From Eledone cirrhosa (taxonomy: Eukaryota), in the NCBI GenBank assembly GCA_964016885.1, contig OZ024740.1, positions 66,278,001 to 66,342,000 on the forward strand: a stretch of DNA of 64,000 nt, given 5' to 3'. Under the pieces are notes generated by a model. The model saw nothing but the letters and a program-made list of their open reading frames with translations, was not told where the DNA came from and made no database searches. The first letter of the stretch is position 1. Each line of letters starts with the position of its first letter. The position numbers were made by a program, and so were the translations under genes. Of this stretch, positions 40,751 through 56,305 are shown piece by piece.

Positions 40751-41573
40751 TCACATCCACTGATATGGACTCTTAACACGTGCACGCGCTTAGGCCACAT
40801 TAAGGTCAACTACAGGAATCGGTGATAATATATAAAAAGTATGATGCTCAATGACCTGGAAGTTGGCTTCCCAGGAGATTAATCACATGGTTGAAACCGA
40901 AATCGTATGTTGACGAATATTTGTACTTCCGGCATGTTAATTGTAACATGTCGTCTTTGAGAGTAGAGCTTATTTTGTGTCGGATTGTGGGGAAATTAAC
41001 ACGAATTAAGAAGATGTAACTTCTCCCCCATTATTGACACATTGCAACAGTGAACGTTACAAGGCCCTCTTTTGACACTTCTGGCGGCTTATCCGACATA
41101 TAGTTTGTTTTCTCGGGTTATGTCTGCTATACGGGGTAAACGTGATGGTTGCTTCAGACATTTGAATATCTTTACAAACGGTGATATACAGTAGCTAAAT
41201 ATATTCACTCGGTTATAATTTCTTCAATAATTGCGATGACTTCCTCAATTGTTCTGTGTTTGTTCTTCAGTGCTAAGGCAGTATGTTTGCTTTTCTTATA
41301 CACAAGTTTGATGAATAAGTTCGATGCTCTTAGAGCTCAAAATTTCCCCGGCTTAATCACTCTGAATGAAGAAAGTTGGATGGAAGAAGAACGCATGACT
41401 TAAACAGCTATAGATAGTTCCACACGAAAAAATAGATGTGCTATAGACACACCTAGCAAAGGTTGTTATTGAAAATCCAGTATGGGCAGCCAGGGTCGCT
41501 AGCATTTTCAGGCGCACTCTGCGAACTGCGAATAATCCCATCTTTCCCGGGTATTACCAGGTACTGCAGCTAG
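40751..41573 (+). mobile_element. Possible non-autonomous Helitron
   Basis: A|TC start after a TA tract, imperfect GC hairpin and CTAG|T end. Confidence 0.35.
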
Positions 41574-41877
41574 TATATATATATATAATAGTTATATATA
41601 TATATAATATCATTGAATATTTACTCCAGTAAACTGTATAGTGCTCTAAATCAGTTATAAACATTTATATTTGTCGGACTTCCAACAAATTAAATACCCC
41701 TTCTACTTATATATATATATATTTATATATAAAATTGTGTATGTGTTGGTTGTTTACTTCAGTATGCAGGTAGGAGCACTCAACGAATTGGGCAGGTGGG
41801 TATGTTTACTCCGGAATAATGTAAAAGCAATAGGTCTAAGTCAACAGGATAACATTACCTTCGTCTATTCATATTCG

Positions 41878-41934
41878 CTGCTATATATATTTCGGTGATA
41901 CCCATTATTCAACTGCTATGACCTCATCAGGCAG
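41878..41934 (-). ncRNA. Type I hammerhead with a degenerate tandem copy at about 41980-42036
   Basis: CUGC-CUGAUGA-GGUCAUA..UAUCACC-GAAA-UAUAUA-UA-GCAG. Confidence 0.72.
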
Positions 41935-42608
41935 TCAGAATATGAACAGAAAACACAGGAAAACATAAATTCATATTCGCTGCTATATATATTTCAGTGA
42001 TACCCATTATTCAACAGCTATGACCCCATAGGGCAATTAGAACTTGAACAGAAAAATATAAAGAAAAACATAATGTTGGAATAGATTTTACCTTGGTAAT
42101 CCGTTGCTATGTTCAGATCCAGATTGTGGTGGTAATCCTCTAAGGAACTGAAAGTCTATGCTTATACACCATAAGCGCATTTGTGCCCTAAACACACACA
42201 CCTCTATATACACTTACACACACACCACATTGCCTCCTCACATGTCCACTACGCTTTCTACATAACATACACATGAATCCATACACACATACATATATAC
42301 ACACATGCCACTCTCACCCACAAAAACATCTGCCTGTCTACACAGCTACTACACTCACGTACACATAGTAGTACTCCTCACGCTGTCACCCATCGAGTTC
42401 TGCTCTGTCAGCACCACCTCCTCTCCCTCTCACAGATTGCCCTGCCATCATCACCCTCTCCACCCTCTCCCTCCGTTCTTTCTACTTTACCATTTCCGGT
42501 TGCGTACACCGCACTGCCATTTCACTTCCTCATTGCCATTCTGTTCTACTTGAACACAGAATTTACCACACGTTGAATCCATCTGTTATTTCTCCGAATG
42601 TTTACTAT

Positions 42609-42659
<51 letters not shown>

Positions 42660-43456
42660 CACACATACACACACACACACACACCGACATCAATTCAGAA
42701 ACTTAGACACACACAGACACTTGTACCATTTCCTCGCACACAAAACTACGCACCTTACACGAACCCTCATCACCTACAGACACACCACGCATCCCCTTTT
42801 ATCAACCACACAAACACATACAAACTTGCACATCTACACATACACCCACACTTCACAACAAACCACCTCCTGATTTGACACGAGCTCATTACACCGCATC
42901 CGTCTCCTCCGTCACAACCATACAAGGACTGTACACGCACTAATATACACGACCACCTAAACACACACATAATGATTTTTCAAAACCGACATTCACATAT
43001 ACTAGCTTCCTTCCGGACTCTCACACTTTCATCCACACATACACACACACACTTACACATAAGAATACGGACACACACATACATATACACATACACACAC
43101 ACCTTACCGCCCACCATCCCCGCTCAGACTCTCATTTTCTCGCTTTCCCACCCCTCTTTCCCCCTCCATCCACCCTTTAAACACTGCCCCACCCTTGCAT
43201 CCCGGACCCGTACACCCCTCCAATCCCCATCACTTTCTTATCTTTAACAATTCTCTTATTTTCTATATATTCTTTTTAATTCTGTTTTTATTTATTTTGA
43301 TTTTCATGTTTATTCTTATTTCTAACTTTCCCCTCCTTTCATGTATTTTTTTCCTATTAACTCCCCTGTTCACTCCCTCTCGGAGTTCCTCCCTTCTTTC
43401 CTGATGAAGGGCTTATATATATATATAAATACACACACACACACATATATATACAT

Positions 43457-43533
<77 letters not shown>

Positions 43534-44090
43534 ACACGTGCGTGCCACCACATATTTACACACTCAGCCTCCGGAATCCTCTCCCACCACCCCTCTTACC
43601 ACTCACGAACCACACACGCACACACACACCGACCTACACTCCACCCCACACACACCTTTTCCTGAACATGCAACCCGTTCTTCCCCCAACTCTTACTTTC
43701 ACATACACACACACACACACACACGTACACCTACACACACACACCACCTTCAGGCCTCCCCGCCCAGACACCTCGCCTCCATCTCCCCCCTCCACCCGAC
43801 ACCACCCATACACCACCCATATCCTTCCACCACCTGTTTTACTTCATGTTTATTTTTATTTTTATTATGCTTTTATATTTAATCTCATTTGTACCGTTTC
43901 CTCTCACACCCTTTTTTCTATATGTCTCTCCACCACTCCTCTACACACCCTTCCAACTCTCTTTCCGTTTATCGTTTTAAGTGCGCCCGGCCGATTAACT
44001 CACTCGATATGCAAATTAGGCTGCTCAGCCGTTAATATGCATAAGGAAAGTATATACTTTCAGACGTTCAACCATCTCGCAGGAAGGTGT

Positions 44091-44133
44091 ACGTTGCTGA
44101 CGATAGCTTATATGCTTGAAACTAGTACGTCGT
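44091..44133 (+). ncRNA. Minimal type I hammerhead
   Basis: ACGUUG-CUGACGA-UAGC uuauau GCUU-GAAA-CUAG-UA-CGUCGU; palindromic stem III ACUAGU; 3' half also at 20545-20570 and 20643-20666. Confidence 0.65.
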
Positions 44134-44769
44134 TCCTTTGTCAGTCTTGAACAAAAGAGCAACTATAGTTGCTAAGCATTGTACGGCTTAATTCGGGATG
44201 TTTGTTTACAAACACACCGACGATTATAATAAATGTTCGGAAAATCCATGCGTACATATATATATATGTGCACGTATGTAAATATATATACATACTACTG
44301 TACGTCTGTATACATATATACATGTACGTGTACATACGTATATATATATATAAACCCCACGTGGATTTAGTAACGGGTGCTTCTGTATGTTTGAACGAAA
44401 TGCCTGTTGAGAAAGTGGTTTTCCTCGTTCATCATTCTACCAAAAGCCGAATATATTTTTTATGTAAGCTGACGGTAATTGATTTAGCAGCCGTAGAAAC
44501 CAAAAAGATGGAATTTACCATCATTCTAGCGGGTCCGGGTAAAGACTTTTCATCCATTTATTTTATAATTTGTCTGACCCGAATTTTCTTGGTCGTTTTT
44601 CGGCTGTGCGAGTGATTTTAAGCATTGTCTCTGTGTGTTGGTACTTAAACGATAGTTATAGCTCTGGTTTAACCAAACTATTGAGCCCGGTGCCACACAT
44701 TTCGAAGATTGTGTTTCGTTATTTCGTGGGCCGAAATTCCGATTCTCAATAATTTATTTGTATTTATAT

Positions 44770-45063
<294 letters not shown>

Positions 45064-45367
45064 GTTTTGTGGTTTTGCTATAAACACTACAAACCCTCCA
45101 TCTCAGTTCTACTTTTGAAAAGCACAAGAAATGCGAAACCAGTAAATGAACCAAATAAATTTATTTAAAAAAAAAAGACGCCAGTTGCAATTTTGAATTC
45201 ATCTTTCTCCTTATAACTTCACTCGTGTAGAAGACCTCGTTTTTTTTCATTTTGTAAAAAAACGCAATTTCTAGTATATATATACATATTCTGACCTTAC
45301 ATTTTCAAGGGCGGTGCCCCAGCATGGCCTCAGCCGAATGGCTGCAAGAGGTAAAATAATTTTAGGA

Positions 45368-45407
<40 letters not shown>

Positions 45408-45429
45408 AGAGAGAGAGAGAGAGAGAGTG

Positions 45430-47722
45430 AGAGAAGTGGTAACACAACAGTTAGTTCCCCATACCGAAAACAATTGTGTCACCTTAGATCTTCAGCTAGT
45501 ACTGGTCATGGTTATACGGAACAGGAAGAACAACCATATGAACGCATGCGCAGAAACGGTCACTTCACCCAAGCGATACAAAGCCACGGGCGAAAGTTGT
45601 AATGGAGATAAATGCGAAAGTCCAGAAAAGATGTTCGAGTTGATAAGAAAATTAGAATGTTGTTAGTCAATCCAGAGCTTTGTAGTTATGCAAGAGGTTT
45701 TCCAGACATGTGGACAACGTGATAAGATTTCATACCTTGAATTTAGGCAATCGCTATTGTGTAATCTCCTTAGGATATTTATCCTTTCTTCAATACACAA
45801 TCCACAAGACGGATTGCCCCTTGCGTATGGTTTGGAGTTAGTGATGGCTTTCCATTGAATGGAGTAGTCTATACCTGCGTCCTTGAGGGACCATACGTGT
45901 CTCGCGAGTTTCGTGGATGATCGTTTGTCCGGGTACCTAATGGTCAACTGATGGTTCAGGAAGCGTTCATTCAATCGGCCCTTCGCCATACACACATAGG
46001 ATTTGACCTCTTGTGGTAGATTTGGTTGGCAGGAAGTGAACACAGCTTCATAATTTAAGGCAGGTGTGTTGCATTGCTTTTGAAGAGGACAAGCTTCAGG
46101 CTTTCGGCAAGAGCATCCTGGTTGGGTGTAGTTCTTCGGAATGTTGGTGATGTGGGCCTTCCTCTTCTTAGTGCAGGTCTACCCTAGTTTTAGTTTGTGT
46201 CTGTTAAAGATGGAGCGGAATTTGTAACCTATGGGAAAGCGTTTATCTAAGAGGGCCAAACAATATTTCCTACATTAATTTTAACGTTGAGTGAGAAGGA
46301 AGGAGAGAACCAGATAGATTGTCTATTGTTACGATTTCATTTCTTATTGCTTGTCTCCATGGGATCGTTTGACAGTGCTGACGTATGCGACTTGGTTGGC
46401 CTATTTATTTTAGACATATTACGTGTTACATTCCCGGACTTCCACACGGGAATATACCGCGACGATGGCCTGAACTTATCGATCCATAAAAGTGGTCACG
46501 ACCTGGATCGGATTAAAAAAATATTACCTTCTAACTTTAATGAGTTAGGATTTAGGATAACAGTAGATACCAACATCTCTAGCCTAGTTGTCTTGGACAT
46601 TAATCTAGACCTCCACTCACATAACTTCAGACCCTTCCATAAGCTAAACGAAAAACCTAATTACATTCACAAGGACTCATGCCACTCTCTTATTGATTTT
46701 AGAAACTTCGTAAATAATATCAATACTAGAATCACTAACCTCTCCTCTAATAAGGCTATATTTGCCAGAGCGGCACCCTACTATAACACGGCGTTAGCTA
46801 AAAGCGACTTCTCGCAATCAATTAATTACTCCCCACTCACAGCAACAGCAATAATAAAAGAAATTGTAGCAATAGACAAACTATCTTGTTCTCTCCTCTC
46901 TTCTCACTCAACGTTAAAACTAATGAAGGAAAATTTTATTTATCCCTCTTAGATAAACAATTTCAAATAGATCACAAATACCGCTCCATCTTTAAGAGAC
47001 ACAGAGTAAAACTAAGTTACTCCTGCGCTAAGAATATGAAGGCCCACATCACCAACAGTCCTAAGAGTTGCACCCCACTAAGATGCTCTTGCCGAAAGCC
47101 TGAAGCTTGTCCTCTTCAACAGCAATGTAACACACCCGCTGTAGTTTATGAAGCTGTGTTCAGGTCCAACCAATCAAATCAATCAGAGGAGGTAAAATCC
47201 TATGTGTGTATGGCGGAGGGCGGATTTAAGGAACGCTTCCTGAATCATCAGTCGACCTTTAAGTACCCGGACAAACGATCATCCACGAAACTGGCGAGCC
47301 ACGTATGGTCCGTTCAATGGAAAGCCATCACTAAGTCCAAGCCATACGCAAGGGGCAATCCGTCTTGTAGACTCTGTATTGAAAAAAGGATAAATATCCT
47401 AAGGAGCTTACGCAATAGCGCTTGCCTAAATGCAAGAAATGAAATTTTCTCACGTTGTCCAGATGTCTGGAAACACATCGTGCATAACTACAAAGCTCCG
47501 GATTGAATAAGAACAAAAATATTTCCGAACTTTCGCCGTTATCTCCCTTACACCTTTCGCCTGTGGCTTTGTATCGCTTGGGTAAAGTGACCGTTTCTGC
47601 GTATGCGCGTTCATACAGTTGTTCTTCCTGTTCCGTATAACCATGACCACTACGGGCTGAAGATCCGCTAAAGTTAAACAATTGTTCTCGGTACGGTGAA
47701 CTAACTGTTGTGTTTCCACTTC
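45430..47722 (+). mobile_element. Naiad-like PLE, 5'-truncated (46352-47722 +), with a long inverted copy of its 3' end (45430-46350 -)
   Basis: MGSFDSADVCDLVGLFIL, GIYRDDGL, LDINLDL, CSCRKPEACPL..C..VVYEA..YVCMAE..FKERF..H, CRLC.E, LNARNE..RCP. Confidence 0.88.
46359..47506 (+). pseudogene. Frameshifted RT 3' half plus GIY-YIG endonuclease
   Basis: ORFs 46287-46952 and 46886-47506 overlap with a frameshift near 46850-46890. Confidence 0.85.
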
Positions 47723-47786
47723 TACCTATCTCGTCTCGTGGACTGAATGCTCTACCACTACGGATATTACCTTCCAGTGTTCTACC

Positions 47787-47827
<41 letters not shown>

Positions 47828-47855
47828 ACATATATATATATATATATAAATAGAT

Positions 47856-48120
47856 GTCGAAACGGTTTGAGCTCTGCCGTCGGGGTTTGACTCTTTTGCT
47901 ATATATGTATATATATATATATATATAGGAAAATGTATGACCCCAACGGCAAAGCTCAAGCCGTTTCGACGGCTATTTCTGGACTGACATAGCCGTCGAC
48001 ACGCCTTGAGCTCTGCCGTAGGGGTCATACATTTTCCTATTACCCACTCTACTACCCTAAGTATTGAGTACACTGGTGCGTTATGGTCCATCTGGTTCTT
48101 TACCACAACTCCTTCGTTAT
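47856..48120. repeat. Triple fold-back pLTR terminus of the 17190/19097 family
   Basis: Alternating orientations of GTCGAAACGGCTTGAGCTCTGCCGTCGGGG. Confidence 0.75.
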
Positions 48121-48854
48121 ATATTCTTCTTTCTTATGTTTTTTATATATATTTACCTCTGCTGCGTTTATCTGTTTCTCTCTTACTGCTTCCCCGCTCT
48201 CTCTGTTTCTCTCACCTTCTTTCGCCCCCTCTGTTAGTTTCACTTTCTCTCGACTGACCTCTTCCTCACACTTCCACTCACTCAGTCTCTGTTTCTCCCT
48301 TTCTCACTTCCTCCCGTTTGGCTTGTGTGGGTCTCTTCTTCCTTACACCTCACACACATCGACACGGTCTGCACCTCTCTCGCTCATGAAATCCACCCAG
48401 CTTATGCTGACCGGACAACCGTGTTGCTTGTTTATTTTCCTATCTTCGGTTTCCTTTAATCTTTCTATGCTGTTTGCTTGTCCCCCTCGCTTTACGCGAA
48501 TTACTGGTCCCAATAACTTTTTTTAGTTATTGCTCGCACCAACCTGGGATATCTGATTTTTAATGCAATGAAATACCAATGATGGTTGGAAAATCACTGA
48601 CGAAGGACTATTTTTATCATATGTAACCCATGTGCAACCACACAATATTCTTCTTTCTTATTTCTTCTGGAATAGATATAAATGCAATTGTATTGAGAAA
48701 AAATGACTAATTCACTTTCAGTTTCTACGACAATTTGTTCTAGAGCTCAAGTCAGATGGGCCTCGGTACGAAATTAAATGCTATTAATATACATAAATAC
48801 ATACATACACACAAACAAAAATACACCTATGTATTCTGTAAATAAATAACTGTT

Positions 48855-49005
48855 TCTACTTTTGGCACAAGGGCAGCAATTATCCAGTACAAGACTGGTA
48901 CTTTATTTTATCTACCCTGTAAGGATGAAAGGCTAAGTTAACCTCGGCGGGATTTGAAATCAGAATGGAAAGGGCCGTAGCTCTATGCGTCAAAGCATGG
49001 CGTCC
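48855..49005 (-). mobile_element. tRNA-derived SINE
   Basis: Matches 33935-34090. Confidence 0.75.
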
Positions 49006-49273
49006 GATAAATAATGCTATCATACAACATTAATTAAGCATTTCTAAAATGTCTGTTGGGCACACTTTTGCCTTTATCGTACATGAAACTGTAGGTAAAA
49101 TCGAATTAATTTGATTTAACATGATATTTCATTCATAACATTTTAATTTTATTCGATACACTTTTGTATACATATATATAGAGAGAGAAATGTATATGCA
49201 TATATACATATCATTGTATTTATATGTACATACACGCACGCGTGCATACACACTGTTACCTTTATACATATAT

Positions 49274-49342
<69 letters not shown>

Positions 49343-50002
49343 TGTGTATGTGAATATTGGTTTACGTTTGAACGAATAACAATATTTTGTTCTTCTATAG
49401 TAAAATGTACCTTTTGATATCATCTTAAGGCAATATGAAATAGACATTAAAATATCAATATCAAACTGTAAAATTATTGATGTGGAAATAGTGAGACGGG
49501 AGGTAATAGAGAATAAAAGATAAAAGGATTTACAAAGCTAGAAATATAAAGAAATTATTAGAAGAGAACATACTACCGACATTGAAAGAAATAACAAAGA
49601 AAGGGAAGAGTTGATAAAGTAATTGTTTCAAATGAATTCATACATCAAAAGTCAATTTTAACACACATATTGCTCTGATATAAATATATATATGAATAAA
49701 TAAAATAAATTTCTCCTTTATTTTCGTCTAAATATTGCGTATTTTCAAGACGTTCCGATATACTACTTATAATCTCTAAAATATACTAATATATATGTTA
49801 TTAGGTTATACAAAAGCCAATGTCCTACAAATATATTTTCTTTACACGACGATATAGTTATCCGTATTTATTCAGAAAATATATTCCGTATACACATATC
49901 TGTACTTTTGTTTGTGTGTTTATGTGTATGTATGTATGTATGTATGTATGTATGTATGTATGTATGTATGTATGTATGTATGTATGTATGTATGTATGTA
50001 TG

Positions 50003-50610
50003 TCAGGTCACCATTTGGTGCTACTAGTAACATGTATCCCAGTACAACCTGTCTCATGGTCGGGTCGTTGGCGACTAAATTGGCAACCTCACCAAGGTTT
50101 CTTGGTGAGGAGGGTGACTTTGGACATCCTGCAGGATAAAAACCAAACTTATTAAAGGGCAAAGGTGCTCTTAAGAGTCAATGGCCATCCAAAATCACCG
50201 AGAGAGATGAACCCTTAGCCGTTATCAAGGCAGAATTCTAAGAGAAGGAAAACTCTTATATAACACCTGCAACCCTGATGGTATCCAATGATGTTGACTT
50301 GTTATTCTTTTTGGTAAATATCATCTTGGTTAAGAGGGTGGGACTGGCTTCGTGGAGTGCCTTTGCTCACTATAACAGCTTCATGGCACAGGCATTGCTT
50401 TATATCTGGAGATCTATCTGCCCTTGTCGTCACATGGTACCATGGGCCCAGCACTATATGTCAATAATTGTCACAAGTGTAGTGTTTGTACCAGAGTTTT
50501 CAAGTCGCTGGCTGGACTAAAAAGTCACACTCGTTCAGCGAATCGGTATGGGTTCTCCTACATGGATATAAAGTAGTGGCCGACTCGAAAACGAGTTAGC
50601 AGCCACTATG
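50003..50610 (+). mobile_element. Short LINE-derived element flanked by (TATG)n; 3' part repeated at 55170-55332
   Basis: 3' part translates as CSVCTRVFKSLAGLKSH (zinc-finger-like LINE C-terminus) followed by a TATG tail. Confidence 0.55.
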
Positions 50611-51051
50611 TATGTATATATGTATATATACAAGCTTGTAAGCATATATAAGCGTAGATTTTATCCAATTTGAATATTATAATATTTTAAAGGACAACCA
50701 AAGGCTGTTACTGTCTGTCTATTTCTAATTCTATTTTTGAAACAGTTGGTACGTTAGACATTAGACTCTCCGGGTTATTTTCCGACAATATATTTATTAG
50801 TTAGTGAAGTGTTAATGATTTGCATATGTTCGTCATCAGCTTCAATATATCATTTCTATGCGACTTGGTTGGCCTATTTATTTTAGACATATATAGAATA
50901 ATAAATATATTTTTCTATTGTATACAATATAAATTGTATGTTCAATTTCTCCCGATGATATTTATAAAATCCTCGTTGTCATTGCTTAGCCCGAGATTCC
51001 CTTTCTATGTGTTCCATCACTGGCTAACATGTTACACACACACATACACAC

Positions 51052-51133
<82 letters not shown>

Positions 51134-51597
51134 GTGTGTGTGGAGGCACGTGGCCTAGTTGTAAGGGTGTTGGACTTACGATCATAATGTCGTGGGCTCG
51201 ATTCTTGGGTTGCGATTTTGTTTTCTTGAGCAATATTACATTGACAGCCGACTGTCAATGTAATATAGTGTTATTTATACATTTTTTGGTGGTAGTAGAG
51301 GGTGGTGATTGGGTTGGGTGGAATTCATTCGTTTACGGATGTAAAGAAAGATGATTCTTTAAAAACTATATTTAGAGAAAAAAGTGATAAAAAGGCAGAA
51401 AACAATTCAAGATAAGTATCTATAGCTAAACACAAACACATTGAGAGGCACACTTAATTTTTAAGGTTCATTTATTCCAAGCAAACAATGGGTATTCATT
51501 GGTGTGGTCTGCAAAAATGGTCAGTTGTCTACAATCACACACACACACACACACACACACATACAGACACACACCCACACATACACACACCCATATG

Positions 51598-51646
<49 letters not shown>

Positions 51647-51678
51647 GCATACATATACATACATATATATATTTATAG

Positions 51679-52426
<748 letters not shown>

Positions 52427-52560
52427 AATAAGGGAGAGGATTAGGAGTGTGTAACACTCCACTTATCCAATAGGCAGTATAAGGTTAGCACGATGTCTGA
52501 GGAGAGAGCCGTAATATAATTAACAACAAAGAACGCTTAGAGCATAGGTATATCTTTACT

Positions 52561-52606
52561 TGCTGACAGTGTTTCGTCCACACTATAAGTGGGACTCATC
52601 AGAGCA
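52561..52606 (-). ncRNA. Canonical minimal type I hammerhead ribozyme
   Basis: UGCU-CUGAUGA-GUCCCAC uuaua GUGUGGAC-GAAAC-ACU-GUC-AGCA. Confidence 0.88.
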
Positions 52607-54141
52607 TAAAGAGTGATTACATATTACACAAGCAATAACAAATCCAAGACATTGAAGAAATAAAAAATAAAAAATAAACATTGAAAAATAAGCATTGAAA
52701 AATAATAAGAAGTGCTAACAGTCACAGTTGGGCAGGGTGCTGTTAACATACAGTTACATACAAGCATACGCATTAGCATGAGCACCCGCATGCGACCACA
52801 CAACAGGCAGCCATATAGTATAGACTAATACAAAAAACCAATACAATAACATATAGACTAATACAAATAACTAATACAATAACATATCATGGACGAGTAT
52901 GCAAAAGCTAAGAGATGAATGGTGGATATACAATGGGTAAAAATACAATGGGTAAAAGTAAGATAAACAATAGATACAAAATAGATTAACCATGGATAAG
53001 AGAAAGAGAATAGATAAGGAATAGACAAGAATAGATAAGATAGATAGGAGTAGATAAAAATAGATAAAAAATAGATAAAAAATGGATAAAAAATAGACAA
53101 ATAATATATATAAAAAATATAAAAAATATATATATAAAAAAATAAAGATAGTAGAGATAAAGGGTAAAGAATAAAATAAAATAAAATTATATAAAATAAA
53201 ATACAATGAAATAAAATAAAATAAAGTAAAGTGAGATAAGATATACATTTTTAGAATATATTTCTTGAATATATCAGGGGCACACGAACGCCTGAAGTGT
53301 TACAGTTAGCCATATCACAACAATCAAATGCACAAATGAGATTTATAATCAACAGGTGCTATGTCCACACTCGATTGAGTTGACCATTGCAATGCAATGG
53401 AGACATCCCAGGTTAGGCAGTCGCAGAAGTTCACACTCTAAAGTCACGGGTGTGCATTCACACAGTTGAGCGGTGGGGCAATCACAAAAGGTTCACACTC
53501 AAGGCAGGAATCCATTGGTCAACAGAGGCATATCCACATCACCAGCGAGGACGTATGCAAGGAAGGTAGGTAAATTCACGGGCAGATAACTGAGTGTCAC
53601 AACGTCACAAGGGAGCAAGCAAAATCGTTTACATCAACATGAACATCAAGAGGCAGCTAAGCGGGCCGAAAGCAAGCAAGTGCAGGTGGGCTAGCTGAAA
53701 GCAAGCAAATACAGTTGGGTTAGGCGGGTTAATATGCATACTCAACAGCGCATATAAAAAATATAAAAAATATAAAAAATATAAAAAATAGCTTCAAATG
53801 CCAATATCCATGAGATCACAACATTGATGCATCCCAAGATTATACAACAATATGGTTAGTACGTATGTGCATATACACACACCACATGCATATGCAGAGA
53901 CGGTATACATATATATATATATTTATATATAGACATATACAACCACCTACACCCATACACATATAGATGTATATACAGACACACACGCACACACATACAG
54001 CGTAGGACACCCGGATCAAAGCGGATATAATACACAGAAATATCACATTAGGCCAACACAGGCTGAACAGTCGCTCACACTGGTCACAGATAATACATTC
54101 AAGATAAATTCTTACGAGGAGATGTAGCAAAATTGATCAAC

Positions 54142-54187
<46 letters not shown>

Positions 54188-54436
54188 TAGCGAGGTTTTT
54201 TATATGAAATCGTGTGTCGAAACAGATATATATATTATGTAAACTATATATATGTGTTTGTGACTATATTGTATCTGTATTATTTTTGACCGTCGGTCAG
54301 TCAATGGCAACATTGAGGACCGAGTAAGTTAGGTCGCAGATATAAAAGACAGCGAGAAGCGAAAACCAACCAAACAGTGAGTGTGTTCTGTTATTAATTC
54401 TGGCAATATTACGCAACTATGACCCTCCCCAAGTAT

Positions 54437-54536
<100 letters not shown>

Positions 54537-55382
54537 GAGAATAAACGTGCTGCGGGGTTGCTAATGGGTTACATTTGAATAAATTTAGTCCTTCATCAGT
54601 GATCTTCCAACCATCATTGGTATTTCATCGCTTTAAAGACCATATACCTCTGGTTGGTGCGAGCAACGGCTAAAAAAAGTCGTTGGGACACGTAAATAAA
54701 GGGGATACGAGTGTAAACAAACAAAGATGGTGAAGCAACGAAAAGTGAGGAAGAAGGAGTCAAGTGCCAAATTTCTATAAACTTAAATTCGGTGAAATCG
54801 TGAACGAGAGAGAATAAAGACCATCAAACCTGGTTGGAACGTGAGCAAGGAAGGAATTCCGTACAGGTCTAACGGGAGGAAGAAGGGATCTAGTCTGTGA
54901 ATTCGGTGAACGTAAGTTCTGTGAAATCGTAAACGAGAGAGAGAAAAAAAGCGACCTCCCAGACCAAGGGGGCGAAAGAAAAGAATTACGCACAGGTCAA
55001 ACGGGAAGAAGGAGGAGGAGGGGGAGAGGCAGTAATAGAGAATGAGTAAGTGAAGGGTGAGGAAGAGGCTAACAGAGAGAGTGAAGGGATCTAGTCTGTG
55101 AATTCGGTGAACGTAAGTTCTGTGAAATCGTAGACGAGATAGAGAAAAAAACCGACCTATATATACATATCAGCACTATGTGTCAATAATTGTCACAAGT
55201 GTAGTGTTTGTACCAGAGTTTTCAAGTCGCTGGCTGGACTAAAATGTCACACACTTTCAGCGCATCGGTAGGGGTTCTCCTACATATATATAAAATAGTG
55301 GCCTTACTCGAAAACGAGTTGGCAGCCACCATATGTATATATATATAAGAAAGGAAATGTTCTTTATATGTGTATGAGAATG

Positions 55383-55428
<46 letters not shown>

Positions 55429-55540
55429 TATTGGTAAAAGGAAAAGAAAATGCTGACAAATTGTTCCCGGTGAAAAATAGTTTAATTAGGAATAAGTAAA
55501 AATTAGTAGTAGTATTGGTTAGTATTCAGTTTTGGTTTTA

Positions 55541-55581
55541 CATTTTACCGGTTGCGCATTTCTAATGCTTTTCAAAAATAA
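55541..55581 (-). ncRNA. Hammerhead-like fold with U3-A8 and GCAA core variants
   Basis: UUAUUU-UUGAAAA-GCAUU aga AAUGC-GCAA-CCGG-UA-AAAUG; same core at about 10433-10472, 11967-12008, 12074-12114 and 61091-61130. Confidence 0.5.
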
Positions 55582-55927
55582 TTTTGAGATAGAGCGCCCG
55601 TGATGTTTGCTCTAATCTGATTAGTTTTGGAAATTCTACTTGTTCTATGTAAAAATAGTGGCTCAAGATGTATGAAAACATTCATGTGGTCAAAACAATT
55701 TTGATTGGTCGGTAGAGGTCATGTGAATGTTAAAAATTGATTTTGCGCCAAATGTAGGTTTGTCTCGGCTGATTGAGAAGTCACTGAAAAATAAGTCTTT
55801 CAAGACAAATATGAGTGTGTGTGTGTAGTAGTAGTAAACAGGTTCGTTGTTGTGATAATGGTCAGCAGGGATGTGTGTGCGAACCGCAGCCTGCTGGCAA
55901 TTCTAATGCCTATTAAGATAAGTGTGT

Positions 55928-55993
<66 letters not shown>

Positions 55994-56207
55994 CAGAATA
56001 ATTCGTTATAGAGGGATTGGGCAGTAGGAATGTGTCTGTACGTGTGTGGGTGTTATTTTGACATGTTAAAATATATTTTTCAGCTCTTGTCTTATACGGA
56101 GAAGTGTGTGCGTGTGTGTATATGTCTCTTTGTATGTTAATGTACGCGGGTTTATGTGTGTGTGTATATATATATATATATATGTGTGTGTGTGCGTGCG
56201 TGCGTGC

Positions 56208-56305
<98 letters not shown>

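Noticed and set aside
47650-47715. HHR or SECIS in the Naiad-like 3' tail
   Set aside because: CUGAAGA is present but the GAAA and stems are not convincing in either arm; no in-frame UGA requires a SECIS.
54585-54640. Type II hammerhead in the GA-rich repeat (CUGAUGA-AGGAC; also 38287 and 48597)
   Set aside because: No adjacent stem II closure or valid NUH site found.
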